Notes under the pieces: model-generated
Database searches by the model: none
The model's input: only the letters and a program-made list of their open reading frames with translations
Told to the model about the DNA's origin: nothing
Program-made: the position numbers and the translations under genes
Source of the DNA: an uncultured Methanospirillum sp.
Lineage (GTDB): Archaea > Halobacteriota > Methanomicrobia > Methanomicrobiales > Methanospirillaceae
Direction: 5' to 3'
Length of the DNA: 64,000 nt
NCBI GenBank assembly: GCA_964637135.1
Contig: CAZWTX010000007.1
Location: 1 to 64,000, forward strand
In this document: piece after piece, positions 30,269 through 40,200 of the stretch
How positions within the stretch are numbered: position 1 is the first letter of the stretch
How the letters are laid out: each line of letters begins with the position of its first letter

Positions 30269-30429
30269 TATGTAATTAGAGATATTCAGAATGATTAAGG
30301 TAATGAGGATAGTTCACCTGAAAACTAATAATTTATGAGATTTCAATATCTCGGCATCGGTACCGTCTTTCAATTGAATATTTATTGTGGGTTCTGATGA
30401 GCCTGACCCGGAAATAAGAGATGGTGATC

Positions 30430-31305
30430 TTAACAGATCAGGTTTCTCTTCAGCTTATCCCATACCATCATAGCGGAGACCGAGACCGCTTCTTCACAAT
30501 ACACACCGTCTTTTCCGTTCTGAAGAAGGTACTCCTCTATTCTGGCACGGGCACCAGGATAGATCTCCGGAGTGATATTGAAAAAACCTGATATGATTTC
30601 AGCCATCTCGTCCACGGGGGTCTCATTCTTCCAGTTATCCTGTTTTATGAGGATATCCGGATGATATCCCTGCAGGTACAGGTACATGAACGGAAGATAT
30701 ACCCCGTGCACTCCGGTCTCGTACTCTTTATCGAATATCATCCGGTGTATCTCATAATAAGCAATATCCCATCTTCGGTTCACCCAGCCACTGTAATAAC
30801 AGACTTTTCTGGATGCACTCATCATCAGGTCAAAACTCTGTGGATCACTGACGGCCGGTGTCATCGAAGCGATTACAAGATCGTAACCACCACGCAGTCC
30901 TTCAGTATCAAGATCGATCTCACCCCAGTTTGCCTGAATGATCCGGTGTATGTGAACATTCTCTTCATCGGCCCTCGTCTGGAGTTTTTTCAGCATCCCT
31001 GATGAAAAATCAAGGGCGGTAACCTTCGCACCCCGTTTTGCCAGAGGAATGGATAGTGATCCGGTGCCGGCACCGATGTCCAGAACATCTGCCCCGTTGA
31101 TATCAAGACCCGTAGAACTCACCAGATCGAGCAATGTCCTGACACGTTCTTCTTCTTTTTCCGGAGACCTGTTTTTCATAAAACGGGAGGACATCCTGTC
31201 CCAGAAGGCTGCCTGCATCGTTCCGATATGAACACCCGGTTTTACAGACTGAGCCCAGTATTCTGCCCAATATCGGGCATTATCAACAGCATTTTTTTCA
31301 TCCAT
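30430..31305 (-). CDS. Class I SAM-dependent methyltransferase
   Basis: VLDIGAGTGSL, VTALDFSSGML, YDLVIASMTP. Confidence 0.9.
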   Translation of the reverse strand: MDEKNAVDNARYWAEYWAQSVKPGVHIGTMQAAFWDRMSSRFMKNRSPEKEEERVRTLLDLVSSTGLDINGADVLDIGAGTGSLSIPLAKRGAKVTALDFSSGMLKKLQTRADEENVHIHRIIQANWGEIDLDTEGLRGGYDLVIASMTPAVSDPQSFDLMMSASRKVCYYSGWVNRRWDIAYYEIHRMIFDKEYETGVHGVYLPFMYLYLQGYHPDILIKQDNWKNETPVDEMAEIISGFFNITPEIYPGARARIEEYLLQNGKDGVYCEEAVSVSAMMVWDKLKRNLIC

Positions 31306-31310
31306 GAATA

Positions 31311-32141
31311 TTACCTCGCAACAAGTGGCTTTTGGGCAATCGTGAATAGAGAAATTCTTTCAGGAGGAGGAGATCCCGGTGCATGTCGTGTATGAAATTC
31401 ATCGGCAATTTCCTTCAGGATCTTTTCCTTAATTTCATCAGGTACTCTCTGCAATCGGTTCGCGAATCTACCCCCTGTTTCAAATCGTTTCAAATAATCT
31501 TCTACAGAACCGGCTTTCCCGGGATAGATTCTGGGCTCAACCGATATTCGGTTAAATCCGGTATTGTTTAACAGATTTGCAAGTTCTGGTGCTGAAACCG
31601 TTTTAAACCGCGGACGATACCGGTCACTGTGAAGATGATATTTTTCAAACAGGGAATCTAAAAAGGGGCCCATCATGTACATGTTCCCTCTTTCCGGGGT
31701 TGTCATTCCCACTGTCCCTCCCGGCCTCAGTACCCTGAAAACCTCCCCCAGAGTCGTTTTCTTATCGTCAACCCAGTGAAAGGATGAACAGAAATAGACA
31801 TGATCCACTGAATTTTCCCGTATGATACTGAGGTTTTCTGCCTGACCAATCATGAACTGGATATTACCCTGGTTAGTTTCCCTAATCTTCTGTTGTGCTA
31901 TCCTGATCCGTTCAGAGGATGGATCGATACCGATAATCCTCCCGGAGGGTCCGATTATCCCGGCGACATTCATGGCCTGCTGCCCGGTTCCACAGCCCAG
32001 ATCAAGGATAGATTCACCCGTCTTAATGTCCATCTTCGTGATCAGCATCTGACCTTTCTGATACTGGTGATCGCAGTTGCGATCATACCAGTCGGCACTT
32101 TCCTTCGATTCCCAGTTTATTTCACTCATTGTTTCACGCAC
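31311..32141 (-). CDS. Class I SAM-dependent methyltransferase
   Basis: ILDLGCGTG, IIGIDPS, SSFHWV, RVLRPGG. Confidence 0.9.
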   Translation of the reverse strand: MRETMSEINWESKESADWYDRNCDHQYQKGQMLITKMDIKTGESILDLGCGTGQQAMNVAGIIGPSGRIIGIDPSSERIRIAQQKIRETNQGNIQFMIGQAENLSIIRENSVDHVYFCSSFHWVDDKKTTLGEVFRVLRPGGTVGMTTPERGNMYMMGPFLDSLFEKYHLHSDRYRPRFKTVSAPELANLLNNTGFNRISVEPRIYPGKAGSVEDYLKRFETGGRFANRLQRVPDEIKEKILKEIADEFHTRHAPGSPPPERISLFTIAQKPLVAR

Positions 32142-32193
32142 GAAATTAGAATTGGTTCATGGGGAAACTGATTTCATCCCGTTTCCAAAAAAA

Positions 32194-33291
32194 TTAGTAA
32201 TTCGTAAGCCCTGAACCCGATATCAGGTCATCAAGCTGCTGGTCAGAGAGATCATACGAGTAGAATTTTGAGTAGAATTCACGGGTAAGATCCTTAAGAT
32301 TGAGATCTGAGAATTTGTCAGGATAGAGAACCTTTGCAAGCCAGGGTATCCCGATAATGGTGTTTACACAGGGTGGCCGATCAAACCAACCGAACGGATC
32401 TCTCGGGGCAAGGTAGACCCGCTTGTCCTTGACGGCTTTGATGCTTGCCCAGTTGGGATCAGTATATATATCTTCATAGAACCTTGGTTCACGGACGATG
32501 ATCACATCAGGATTCCACGAGAGGATCTGTTCCGGTGTGACTGGTGTTTCTCCCATTCCTCCCTGTGCAGCAACACCGGAAGCGACATTTGTCCCGCCAC
32601 AGAGTGCGATCAGCTGTGCATGCGAGTTATTTGGTTCGGTTGAAAGACCATCAATACCTTCGGCATAGTAGACCTGTTTCCGTTCGTTAGCCGGAATAGT
32701 GCTGGCAGTATCTTTGACCCGGGTATAGACCCGGTTATAGAAATCTTTTAACTCACTGGCTTTTTCCTCTGCTCCAAGGGTCTTTCCCATGAAATCGATA
32801 GCCGGAGTATAATTATTGACATCTCCTGTCTCAGAAACTTCGATCAACGGGATGGGTTTCAGGTTATCCTGCCGTTCATTGATGGTATCCATGTAATTTC
32901 CTGACCGGGAGAATCCTTCAAAAATTGCATCGGGTTTCATGGAGAGGAAGGTCTCATAATTTGCGGTTATTCCTCCATACCAGCCACCCACCACAGGGAG
33001 GTTTTTATATTCATCCTTCATGTATTTCATGTTCGTTGAATCACTCTGCCAGCCCATCAATTTATCAGGTGCAAGCATGAAGATCATCTCCGAGGTAGGA
33101 GGATAGGTCGAGAGGACGTGGTTCATCTTGTCAGGAACCGTCAGTTCTCTCCCGGCCATATCGGTGATCGTTTTCATGCCATCTGCCATACACGGTCCGG
33201 CATGTGCAACAGCCAGGGCAAGCAGGATAGCCATGGTGAAATATTCGCTTAACCGTCTTTTCAATCGAAAATCATCCTTTTTTCCAGACAT
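32194..33291 (-). CDS. TroA-type (iron-chelate/corrinoid) ABC substrate-binding protein
   Basis: TITDMAGRELTVP, LPVVGGW, EQILSWNPDVII, AVKDKRVY, PFGWFDRPP; signal peptide. Confidence 0.92.
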   Translation of the reverse strand: MSGKKDDFRLKRRLSEYFTMAILLALAVAHAGPCMADGMKTITDMAGRELTVPDKMNHVLSTYPPTSEMIFMLAPDKLMGWQSDSTNMKYMKDEYKNLPVVGGWYGGITANYETFLSMKPDAIFEGFSRSGNYMDTINERQDNLKPIPLIEVSETGDVNNYTPAIDFMGKTLGAEEKASELKDFYNRVYTRVKDTASTIPANERKQVYYAEGIDGLSTEPNNSHAQLIALCGGTNVASGVAAQGGMGETPVTPEQILSWNPDVIIVREPRFYEDIYTDPNWASIKAVKDKRVYLAPRDPFGWFDRPPCVNTIIGIPWLAKVLYPDKFSDLNLKDLTREFYSKFYSYDLSDQQLDDLISGSGLTNY

Positions 33292-33632
33292 GGTATCACA
33301 ATGATCATAGTGGTTTGATTAAACTTATGAACAATAAGAATTTGTTAAGTTATAAAATAAAATATTCGCAGAGTCTATAGAATCTCTTTATTATCCCCCA
33401 ATTCGGCTCAGAAAGAAGTGACATAAGAATAACCTTTTATGAGCCTGATAGCACATCAACTCGGTTCATCTGAACCCTTGTCAAAACAATTTTTAGTCTG
33501 ATTTGAATGTACCGGATGGATTATGAAGTATCTGAAATATGACGAGTACCATGATGTGGTTAGCATGGTAAATACAATTTCGCTAACAATTAATATTGGT
33601 TGAACGGTAATGATCTAATCATCAGAGGTTAC

Positions 33633-34832
33633 ATGTCAAGAACAGTGAATATTGATGACCTGCTTCCAATGAAGGAAGCACAACGGATCATTCTCTCAAC
33701 ATTTCCGAACTCAGCAGGAAGACGGATGGTTCCCCTCACCGGGGCAATCGGGTCGATCCTGGCAGAACCGGTAATCTCGAAACGGACCATGCCCCCGGTC
33801 ATGCTCACCGGACCGGACGGGATCGCTGTCAGGAGCGAAGAAACGAAATCTGCTTCACCGGATAATCCTCTTGTCGTAACCGGGATGAAGACCAATACCG
33901 GTCTTCCGGTTCCTACCGGGTATGATGCAGTGATTGCAATCGAAGAGATAAAGGAACTGAACGAAAATTCATTTCTTATTACTGCGCCAGCAGCTCCCCT
34001 TGAAAACACCATTTCACCGGGAAGCGATATCAGGGAAGGTGAAGAACTTCTTCCGAAAGGGCATTATCTCAATCCCTTCGATGTTGCAGCATTGCATCAT
34101 TACGGTATCCGGCAGGTGCCGGTAAAGACCTGGAAGGTCGGCTTGATCGCCACCGGCGATGAAATTGTTCCGATCTCGAAAGAGCCCCTTGTGGGTCAGA
34201 TCCTTGATACAAACAGCCTCATGATCGCGGGGTACCTGAACCAGTACGGCGTCCTCCACGAGATCTACCCGATTCTTCCCGATGATCCGGAACTCGTTTC
34301 ATCCCGGATCATCGATGCCTGCGAAACCTGCGACATGGTACTTGTGTTTGGCGGATCTTCAGCCGGAACAAAGGATATTACCGTTGATGCCATGGAGAAG
34401 AGCGGCGATCTCCTTTTCCACGGCGTGGCCATGGGACCTGGCAAACCGGTCTCCTGGGGGCGTGTAAACGGTAAACCGGTTGTCGGGATGCCGGGACCGT
34501 CGATAGGCAGCCTTGTCACCTTCTTCCAGCTGATCCTCCCGCTCCTCAAATCCTGGGGTGTTCCGGTTCCCAAAAAGAAAACCATCGTCGGGGAGATGAC
34601 CGGAGAGGTGAAGCCGTTCTTCAATCATTTTGATCTCTTCAGTCTGGTCAATGTCAGGTATGATAACGGAAAAACGATGGTCCAGCCGATGGAAAGGCGG
34701 GCCGGACAGAGTATGGGCCTGAAGGCAGATGCCATCCTCCATGTTCCACGGAAGAGCGGAGGGTTTAAGAAAGGGGATACGGTCACCGTGACCCTGATCC
34801 ATGACCGGAATGTAACGCACGGATGTGGGTAA
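33633..34832 (+). CDS. moeA: Molybdopterin molybdenumtransferase MoeA-like (divergent)
   Basis: DGIAVRS, YDAVIAIEE, GSDIREGE, IATGDEI, DTNS, GGSSAGTKD, HGVAMGPGKP. ATG 33633 is preferred over TTG 33600. Confidence 0.88.
   Translation: MSRTVNIDDLLPMKEAQRIILSTFPNSAGRRMVPLTGAIGSILAEPVISKRTMPPVMLTGPDGIAVRSEETKSASPDNPLVVTGMKTNTGLPVPTGYDAVIAIEEIKELNENSFLITAPAAPLENTISPGSDIREGEELLPKGHYLNPFDVAALHHYGIRQVPVKTWKVGLIATGDEIVPISKEPLVGQILDTNSLMIAGYLNQYGVLHEIYPILPDDPELVSSRIIDACETCDMVLVFGGSSAGTKDITVDAMEKSGDLLFHGVAMGPGKPVSWGRVNGKPVVGMPGPSIGSLVTFFQLILPLLKSWGVPVPKKKTIVGEMTGEVKPFFNHFDLFSLVNVRYDNGKTMVQPMERRAGQSMGLKADAILHVPRKSGGFKKGDTVTVTLIHDRNVTHGCG
34540..34608 (+). repeat. 69-bp direct repeat, copy 1 (inside moeA)
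   Basis: Identical to 35607-35675 apart from 2 mismatches. Confidence 0.9.
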
Positions 34833-34945
34833 CTCGGACCACCCGGTTTCTTTTTCCCGTTCTTTCAGCCGGTTATGCTAAAAGCCGACCCAAATCTTAT
34901 TAATTATATGATGTCTGATTGAAGAATAATCAAGGAAACCGAGTA

Positions 34946-35563
34946 ATGATTAACCGTTTAATCCTTGTCAGGCATGGAGAATCAACAGGTAATCAAGGCG
35001 ATGTGATCAGCGGATGGACATCAGTACCGCTTACAGAGAAAGGAAAGCAACAGGCACAGGCTACTGGTCGGGCTCTCTCCCGGATCCTTACCGGATGTTC
35101 CTGTAGGATTTACAGCAGTGATCTCGAACGGGCAGCAGAAACTGCCAGTATTATCGAACGAGAACTATCAATAAACCCTGTTTTAACTCCCGGGTTACGT
35201 GATATTAACATGGGTATTGGGACGGGAAAACCTGTGTCTGAAGCAAAATCCTTGCAATTACCAGCACATGATCCCCTGATCGATTGGGTCCCCTATCCCG
35301 GGGCAGAAAGTTGGAGAATGATGGATAATAGAATCTCCTCTTTTCTTGAATTAGTCACGAGTGATGATGTTGATACAATAATTCTCATATCCCATGGGAA
35401 CCCGATTGTCAGCATCGTTCACTGGTGGCTCGGCATCCGGGATGATGCATCGATCTCACGAATTATGGTCCAGGCTGATATCAGTAGTATTAGTATATTT
35501 ACTATTGATTCATGGGGTTCCAGGGTGATATCGCTGGTGAACAGCACCTCTCATCTGGATTAA
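34946..35563 (+). CDS. Histidine phosphatase (phosphoglycerate mutase family)
   Basis: LVRHGES, YSSDLERAAETA, GAESW, ISHG. Confidence 0.92.
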   Translation: MINRLILVRHGESTGNQGDVISGWTSVPLTEKGKQQAQATGRALSRILTGCSCRIYSSDLERAAETASIIERELSINPVLTPGLRDINMGIGTGKPVSEAKSLQLPAHDPLIDWVPYPGAESWRMMDNRISSFLELVTSDDVDTIILISHGNPIVSIVHWWLGIRDDASISRIMVQADISSISIFTIDSWGSRVISLVNSTSHLD

Positions 35564-35606
35564 ATGAGTGTTTGAACTCAGTATATTTCGTTTACCTTAA
35601 TTCTCA

Positions 35607-35675
35607 CGCTCCTCAAATCCTAGGGTGTTCCGGTTCCCAAAAAGAAGACCATCGTCGGGGAGATGACCGGAGAGG
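35607..35675 (+). repeat. 69-bp direct repeat, copy 2 (intergenic moeA fragment)
   Basis: cgctcctcaaatcctagggtgttccggttcccaaaaagaagaccatcgtcggggagatgaccggagagg; TGG>TAG and AAA>AAG relative to copy 1. Confidence 0.9.
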
Positions 35676-35861
35676 GTAGATCGTTTGATGCGTTTTGGGT
35701 AATTCCCCTCACATTTAAAGGTCCTCGGCGGAGAAAAAAGTGGTAGACACCCCCATCAGCATAATCAGCCTGATAATCTGCTGAGCTGTTTTGGTGCCCT
35801 AACTTTTGTTCAGCATGAATCTGAAGATCGCTATGCTCCTATTGACAATATTCGTATTCTA

Positions 35862-36467
35862 TTATTTCGTCAGCATTTCCTGATTCAGGAAAAGTTTCAT
35901 TGAATAATACCAGATACACTGTATTTTTGGGCGCCCAAGGAAAAGCATTGGATAAAATTCCCCTTTCTGTATCCCGGAACATAATACGACTAGTATGAGA
36001 GCAAGAGTTTTTATATCAGCCAGTGAGCCGATGTTTCCATTTTTTTGTTCCCGTACAATTCCCTTTTCAAGCCGTAAAATCAATTCACAAGCGGATTTCG
36101 AGGTCACTGCCGGAATACTGTCATCGGAATTTACAGGCAGGCCAATTTCAGATAACAGATCCTTCCGGTTTTGTACCGTGAGAAAAAAACGATCGAATAC
36201 TTGAGGTAATTTTTGATTATCAAACCGGTTAAAAAATGGATCACAAGAAAATTTGTCGATCTCATTTTCTATGGTTATAGATACTTCCTGGATTAATGCA
36301 CTCTTGCTGCGGAAATACCAATAGACGGCCCCTTTTGTAACGCCGATCTTTTTAGCAACATCATTAATAGTAATTTTTTCGTATCCGCTTTCTGCCATTA
36401 CCTCCATCGCAGCGAGGACAATCCTCCGTTTGGCATCCTCCGTATATTGAGGCAAAACTTTTGGCAC
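35862..36467 (-). CDS. TetR/AcrR family regulator
   Basis: MPKVLPQY...GYEKITINDVAKKIGVTKGAVYWYFRSK. Confidence 0.92.
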   Translation of the reverse strand: MPKVLPQYTEDAKRRIVLAAMEVMAESGYEKITINDVAKKIGVTKGAVYWYFRSKSALIQEVSITIENEIDKFSCDPFFNRFDNQKLPQVFDRFFLTVQNRKDLLSEIGLPVNSDDSIPAVTSKSACELILRLEKGIVREQKNGNIGSLADIKTLALILVVLCSGIQKGEFYPMLFLGRPKIQCIWYYSMKLFLNQEMLTK

Positions 36468-36587
36468 AATTCTTCTATTAGGTTATTTTTACCATTGTAT
36501 AATTATATGCTTTTTATTAGGGATCATTCGATTGGTATTTATACATTCTTCGAGTATGTTATTTGCCGCAAAGAATGGTGATGATGT

Positions 36588-37556
36588 TTGAACAACACAA
36601 CGCAATCACAAGAAAATGGGAAATGTGCAGAATCTCTGTGGAATAATACCACTGGCATAGTCGATAGAAAAGGCCCCAGCAAAATGGCCGAAGGGATTGC
36701 ACTGCACCGGTTCGCAGAATCTCTGCTGCCTGAGGATCTCCGGCTCTTTTCTGATCCCTATGCAATTCATTTCCTTGATCCGACAATGCTTGCATGGGCG
36801 AAAGACCATCCGGCCGAAGGTCAGGCAATGGCAGATGAGATCGAGCGGAAAATGCCGGGGTGGAGCAACGCCATCCGTGCACGTATCCGGTTCTTCGATG
36901 ATATTGTACAGGATGCTTTTAGCGAGGGGTTTTCCCAGCTCGTGATCCTAGGTGCCGGGTATGACACCCGTGCCTACCGAATCGGTACTCTGAAAGGAAA
37001 CATAATGGTCTTTGAGATCGACCGGCCGGAGACGCTGACGAGAAAAATCGGGATCTTGAAAAAAATATTCGGGACACTGCCGGACCATGTCACGTTTGTT
37101 CCTCATAATCTCGGACAGGGATCATGGTGGCCGGAACTGGAAGCAGTAGGATTCTTACCAGAAAAACAAACGCTCTTTCTCCTTGAAGGGCTTGTGATGT
37201 ACCTCCCACGGACGGAAGTTGAGACATTACTCGCCGGGATCGCGGTGCATACCGGGGCCGGCAGCGTCGTACTCTTCGATTTCATCCCGCAGGAAATGGC
37301 TGACGGGTCATCCGATGCGGAAGGAGGCAGGAATATCCGCGACTGGACCATTATGATGGGTGAGCCGCTCAAGTCGGGATTTGCCGATGATGAAGTTGTC
37401 CTGTTCCTCAATGAACTCGGTTACTCACAGGTACGGATCATTCCATCACGCGATTTTGCGAATATATATTTCATCGGAAAAAAAGCAGAACGGAACGTGT
37501 CCGGCCTGATGTCACTTGCGTACGCAACGATTTCAGATCGTGATGAACGATCATGA
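36588..37556 (+). CDS. SAM-dependent methyltransferase, LCM/TIGR00027-like (start uncertain)
   Basis: DPYA, ARIRFFDD, QLVILGAGYDTRAYR, VFEID.P, LLEGLVMYL. Confidence 0.9.
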   Translation: MNNTTQSQENGKCAESLWNNTTGIVDRKGPSKMAEGIALHRFAESLLPEDLRLFSDPYAIHFLDPTMLAWAKDHPAEGQAMADEIERKMPGWSNAIRARIRFFDDIVQDAFSEGFSQLVILGAGYDTRAYRIGTLKGNIMVFEIDRPETLTRKIGILKKIFGTLPDHVTFVPHNLGQGSWWPELEAVGFLPEKQTLFLLEGLVMYLPRTEVETLLAGIAVHTGAGSVVLFDFIPQEMADGSSDAEGGRNIRDWTIMMGEPLKSGFADDEVVLFLNELGYSQVRIIPSRDFANIYFIGKKAERNVSGLMSLAYATISDRDERS

Positions 37557-37601
37557 TCATCAAAAATTATCTGGATAAAATCTCTAACTGGAGGACAGGA
37601 A

Positions 37602-38528
37602 ATGCAGGAATCTGATAATGGTAACGCAATCGGGATGAGTAAAGCGAGTAAAGGCCCAAGTAAGACGGCCGAGACAATAACCATGGTGAGGGTAACTGAA
37701 TCGAGAAAACCGGAGGATGAACGCATCTGTTATGACCCGTATGCTATCCGCTTCATCAGCAAGGAAGTTCTGGAATTTGTGACCCGTAATCCGGAGAAAT
37801 ATAAGGCATTCGTAGCGCAGAACGAGCGTCTGGTACCCGGGGCAGTAAACTCGATCGTAGCGAGAGTAAGATATTTTGACGATGTCGTGAAGTCATCCAT
37901 GTGTGATAGCCTGAAACAGCTCGTCATCCTTGGGGCTGGGTACGATACCAGGGCCTACCGGATCGATGAACTGAAACAGGTCAGGATATTCGAGGTTGAC
38001 CATCCGGTTACCTAGAAGATCAAAGTGGAAAAGATCAAGGAGATTTTCGGGGCACTCCCCGACCATGTGACATATGTTCCTGTCGATATCGGTGTCGATG
38101 AGCTGGGCCGGAAACTCCTCGAAGATGGTTACGACCGATCTTTACAAACCCTCTTTATCATCGAGGGGCTTTTCATGTATCTCCCGCCAGGGACCGTGGA
38201 TGAGATGCTGTCCTTCATAGCGAAAAATTCGGGCAGGAACAGCACAATCGTTTTTGACTATATTCCCCGGTCCGTAGTAGACGGTACATGCAAACTTGAA
38301 GCCGGCAGGAATTGGCGGAAGGGAGTGATAGATGTTGGAGAACCTTTCCAGTTCGGGATCAACGATGGAGAGATAGGTACCTTCCTTTCACAACGGGGAT
38401 TTTCCAACATCAGGAACGTTACCAGTGACGACTACAAGAAGGCATATTTCTTTGGAAAAAACGAGGACAGGGTAATGAACAGCCTGTTGTCGTTCGCTTA
38501 TGCCGAGGTTACGAGCGACTGCAGTTGA
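37602..38528 (+). pseudogene. LCM/TIGR00027-like methyltransferase paralog interrupted by one in-frame TAG (38013-38015)
   Basis: ORFs 37602-38015 and 38025-38528 share a frame and join as EVDHPVT*KIKVEKIKEIFG, colinear with the upstream paralog. Confidence 0.88.
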
Positions 38529-38688
38529 AAAAAGGTGTATCTCAAGACAGGAATGGGTTATGACGCCGACGTTGATGGGATGGATGTAACCGACTTGATC
38601 GCAGGGCCGCTGGTAGCCATGAGATGAGATCCGTATTAACAGTACTTAAGTATACGGGGTGATTGTGGCAAGTAATTGCGTATATGAT

Positions 38689-39009
38689 TTAGGAATTTTT
38701 TTCAAGCATAGCCATATGGTCGAGGGTAACCTGGTGAATTGCCTTCAGCAGGCTTATCATTACCTTGCCATTTTCAGTAAGCGAATATTCTACTTTCAGC
38801 GGAATTTCAGCATATACTTTCCGGCATATAATGCCGTTCGTTTCTAAGTTGCGGAGTTGACGTGCGATGACTCTGGGATTGGCTTTCGGTATCTGACGCT
38901 CCAGATCACTAGCCCTTAACGGACCATTTTTCAAGCTAGCGAGAATCTCGATTTTCCACTTCCCTGCAATCGGCTTGATCGGGCAGTTAGGACACATTTT
39001 TCCTCTCAT
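38689..39009 (-). CDS. HxlR family regulator
   Basis: IAGKWKIEIL, QLRNLE..GII.RKVYAEIPLKVEYSLT; N-terminal CPNC. Confidence 0.9.
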   Translation of the reverse strand: MRGKMCPNCPIKPIAGKWKIEILASLKNGPLRASDLERQIPKANPRVIARQLRNLETNGIICRKVYAEIPLKVEYSLTENGKVMISLLKAIHQVTLDHMAMLEKNS

Positions 39010-39176
39010 TTACGTCTTTTCATACGGGGTAAGCCCCATTTTTCATTTGCTTAACACACTTGTGCGGCTGCGAGCATATTTTATTGGGGACAAGTTTGTC
39101 ACCTGTAGACGAATTCATCAGTCTTTGGCAAGATTGTCCGTATTCATATAGATAATCGTCATGTCTCATTGCATAT

Positions 39177-40022
39177 ATGCGAAAAGAGGTGACTGCATTA
39201 AAAATGTCTGTTTCGTTGAAGGATATCAATGAAAAAATTGTTATGGCAGGGAGATTGGATCACCGGGTGATTGGCGTTTATTGCAGTAACTTGCCACCTG
39301 CAGGAGCGGTAACGGTCTCATCTGTGATTAATGGTTACCCCTGCCTGGCAAAAGCGTTGTATAAGATGTCTATCCGTGAGGATGTCCCCTCAGTATATAC
39401 AGACGTTACACAGGTTGATCAGCAATATATCGCTGGAGGGCCTTGGGATAAATTAAAGATGTGCCAGGTGGGGCTGATGTGGCTCGGGTACAAGAATGCT
39501 AATCCTGAGCGGCTCTCAATGATTTATTCAAGCGACTCGCCGGATAAAAATTCATATGCGGTTAAACAATCTTCTGCCCATTGTATTGAGGCTATCCAGG
39601 ACATTGGAAAACCTGAGCAAATAGCTAATTGCCTGGTGATGCAAGCCCTATCAGAAATCAATTCAAATCTGGCCGGCAGCGTCCGGTCAATCATATGTTA
39701 CGGGAACGCGGTGCAGATCAGGACACTTATGGCGCTCATCCACTTCACGGAAACAAGGGCGTATACACCTATTATGGCATCTTGGGGTGGGGCTACCTGT
39801 TCATCGCTCGTTGCTCTTGCTGCCGGCATCACAGGAAACTCCCCTGAAAATACTGCATTCATTGGCCCGACAAGCCCTGAGCCAAATCATTGGATTCCTC
39901 AAGATATATTATCATTAAGCATTCCCATGGAGATGGCTATCCGCATGGCGGAAGGATTCCAGGATTCTTTCGCTATACGCAGACAAGATTGGGCTTACCC
40001 GGATGTGATTGAAGATTTATGA
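39177..40022 (+). CDS. DUF169-like protein
   Basis: AGRLDHRVIGVY, CLAKAL, QIRTLMALIHF, WGGATCSSLV, AFIGPT pattern. Confidence 0.6.
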   Translation: MRKEVTALKMSVSLKDINEKIVMAGRLDHRVIGVYCSNLPPAGAVTVSSVINGYPCLAKALYKMSIREDVPSVYTDVTQVDQQYIAGGPWDKLKMCQVGLMWLGYKNANPERLSMIYSSDSPDKNSYAVKQSSAHCIEAIQDIGKPEQIANCLVMQALSEINSNLAGSVRSIICYGNAVQIRTLMALIHFTETRAYTPIMASWGGATCSSLVALAAGITGNSPENTAFIGPTSPEPNHWIPQDILSLSIPMEMAIRMAEGFQDSFAIRRQDWAYPDVIEDL

Positions 40023-40154
40023 TTCTGGTACCGGAACGGACAGGAATCTGCTGAGATGTGAGATGATCAGGCATGACGTAAAAGCCAATCCAGGGGAGGT
40101 ATTGATCGACAAGGCCACAGATGTAAGGAATGAATCATAACGATTTAATAGATC

Positions 40155-40200
40155 TGACTCAAAGTCATTTATTGACTTAGAGTCACATGACCCCGGGTCG
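40155..40200. promoter_or_regulatory. Tandem palindromic operators TGACT-N3-AGTCA upstream of tetR
   Basis: tgactcaaagtca (40155-40167), tgacttagagtca (40173-40185), degenerate tgaccccgggtcg (40188-40200). Confidence 0.7.
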
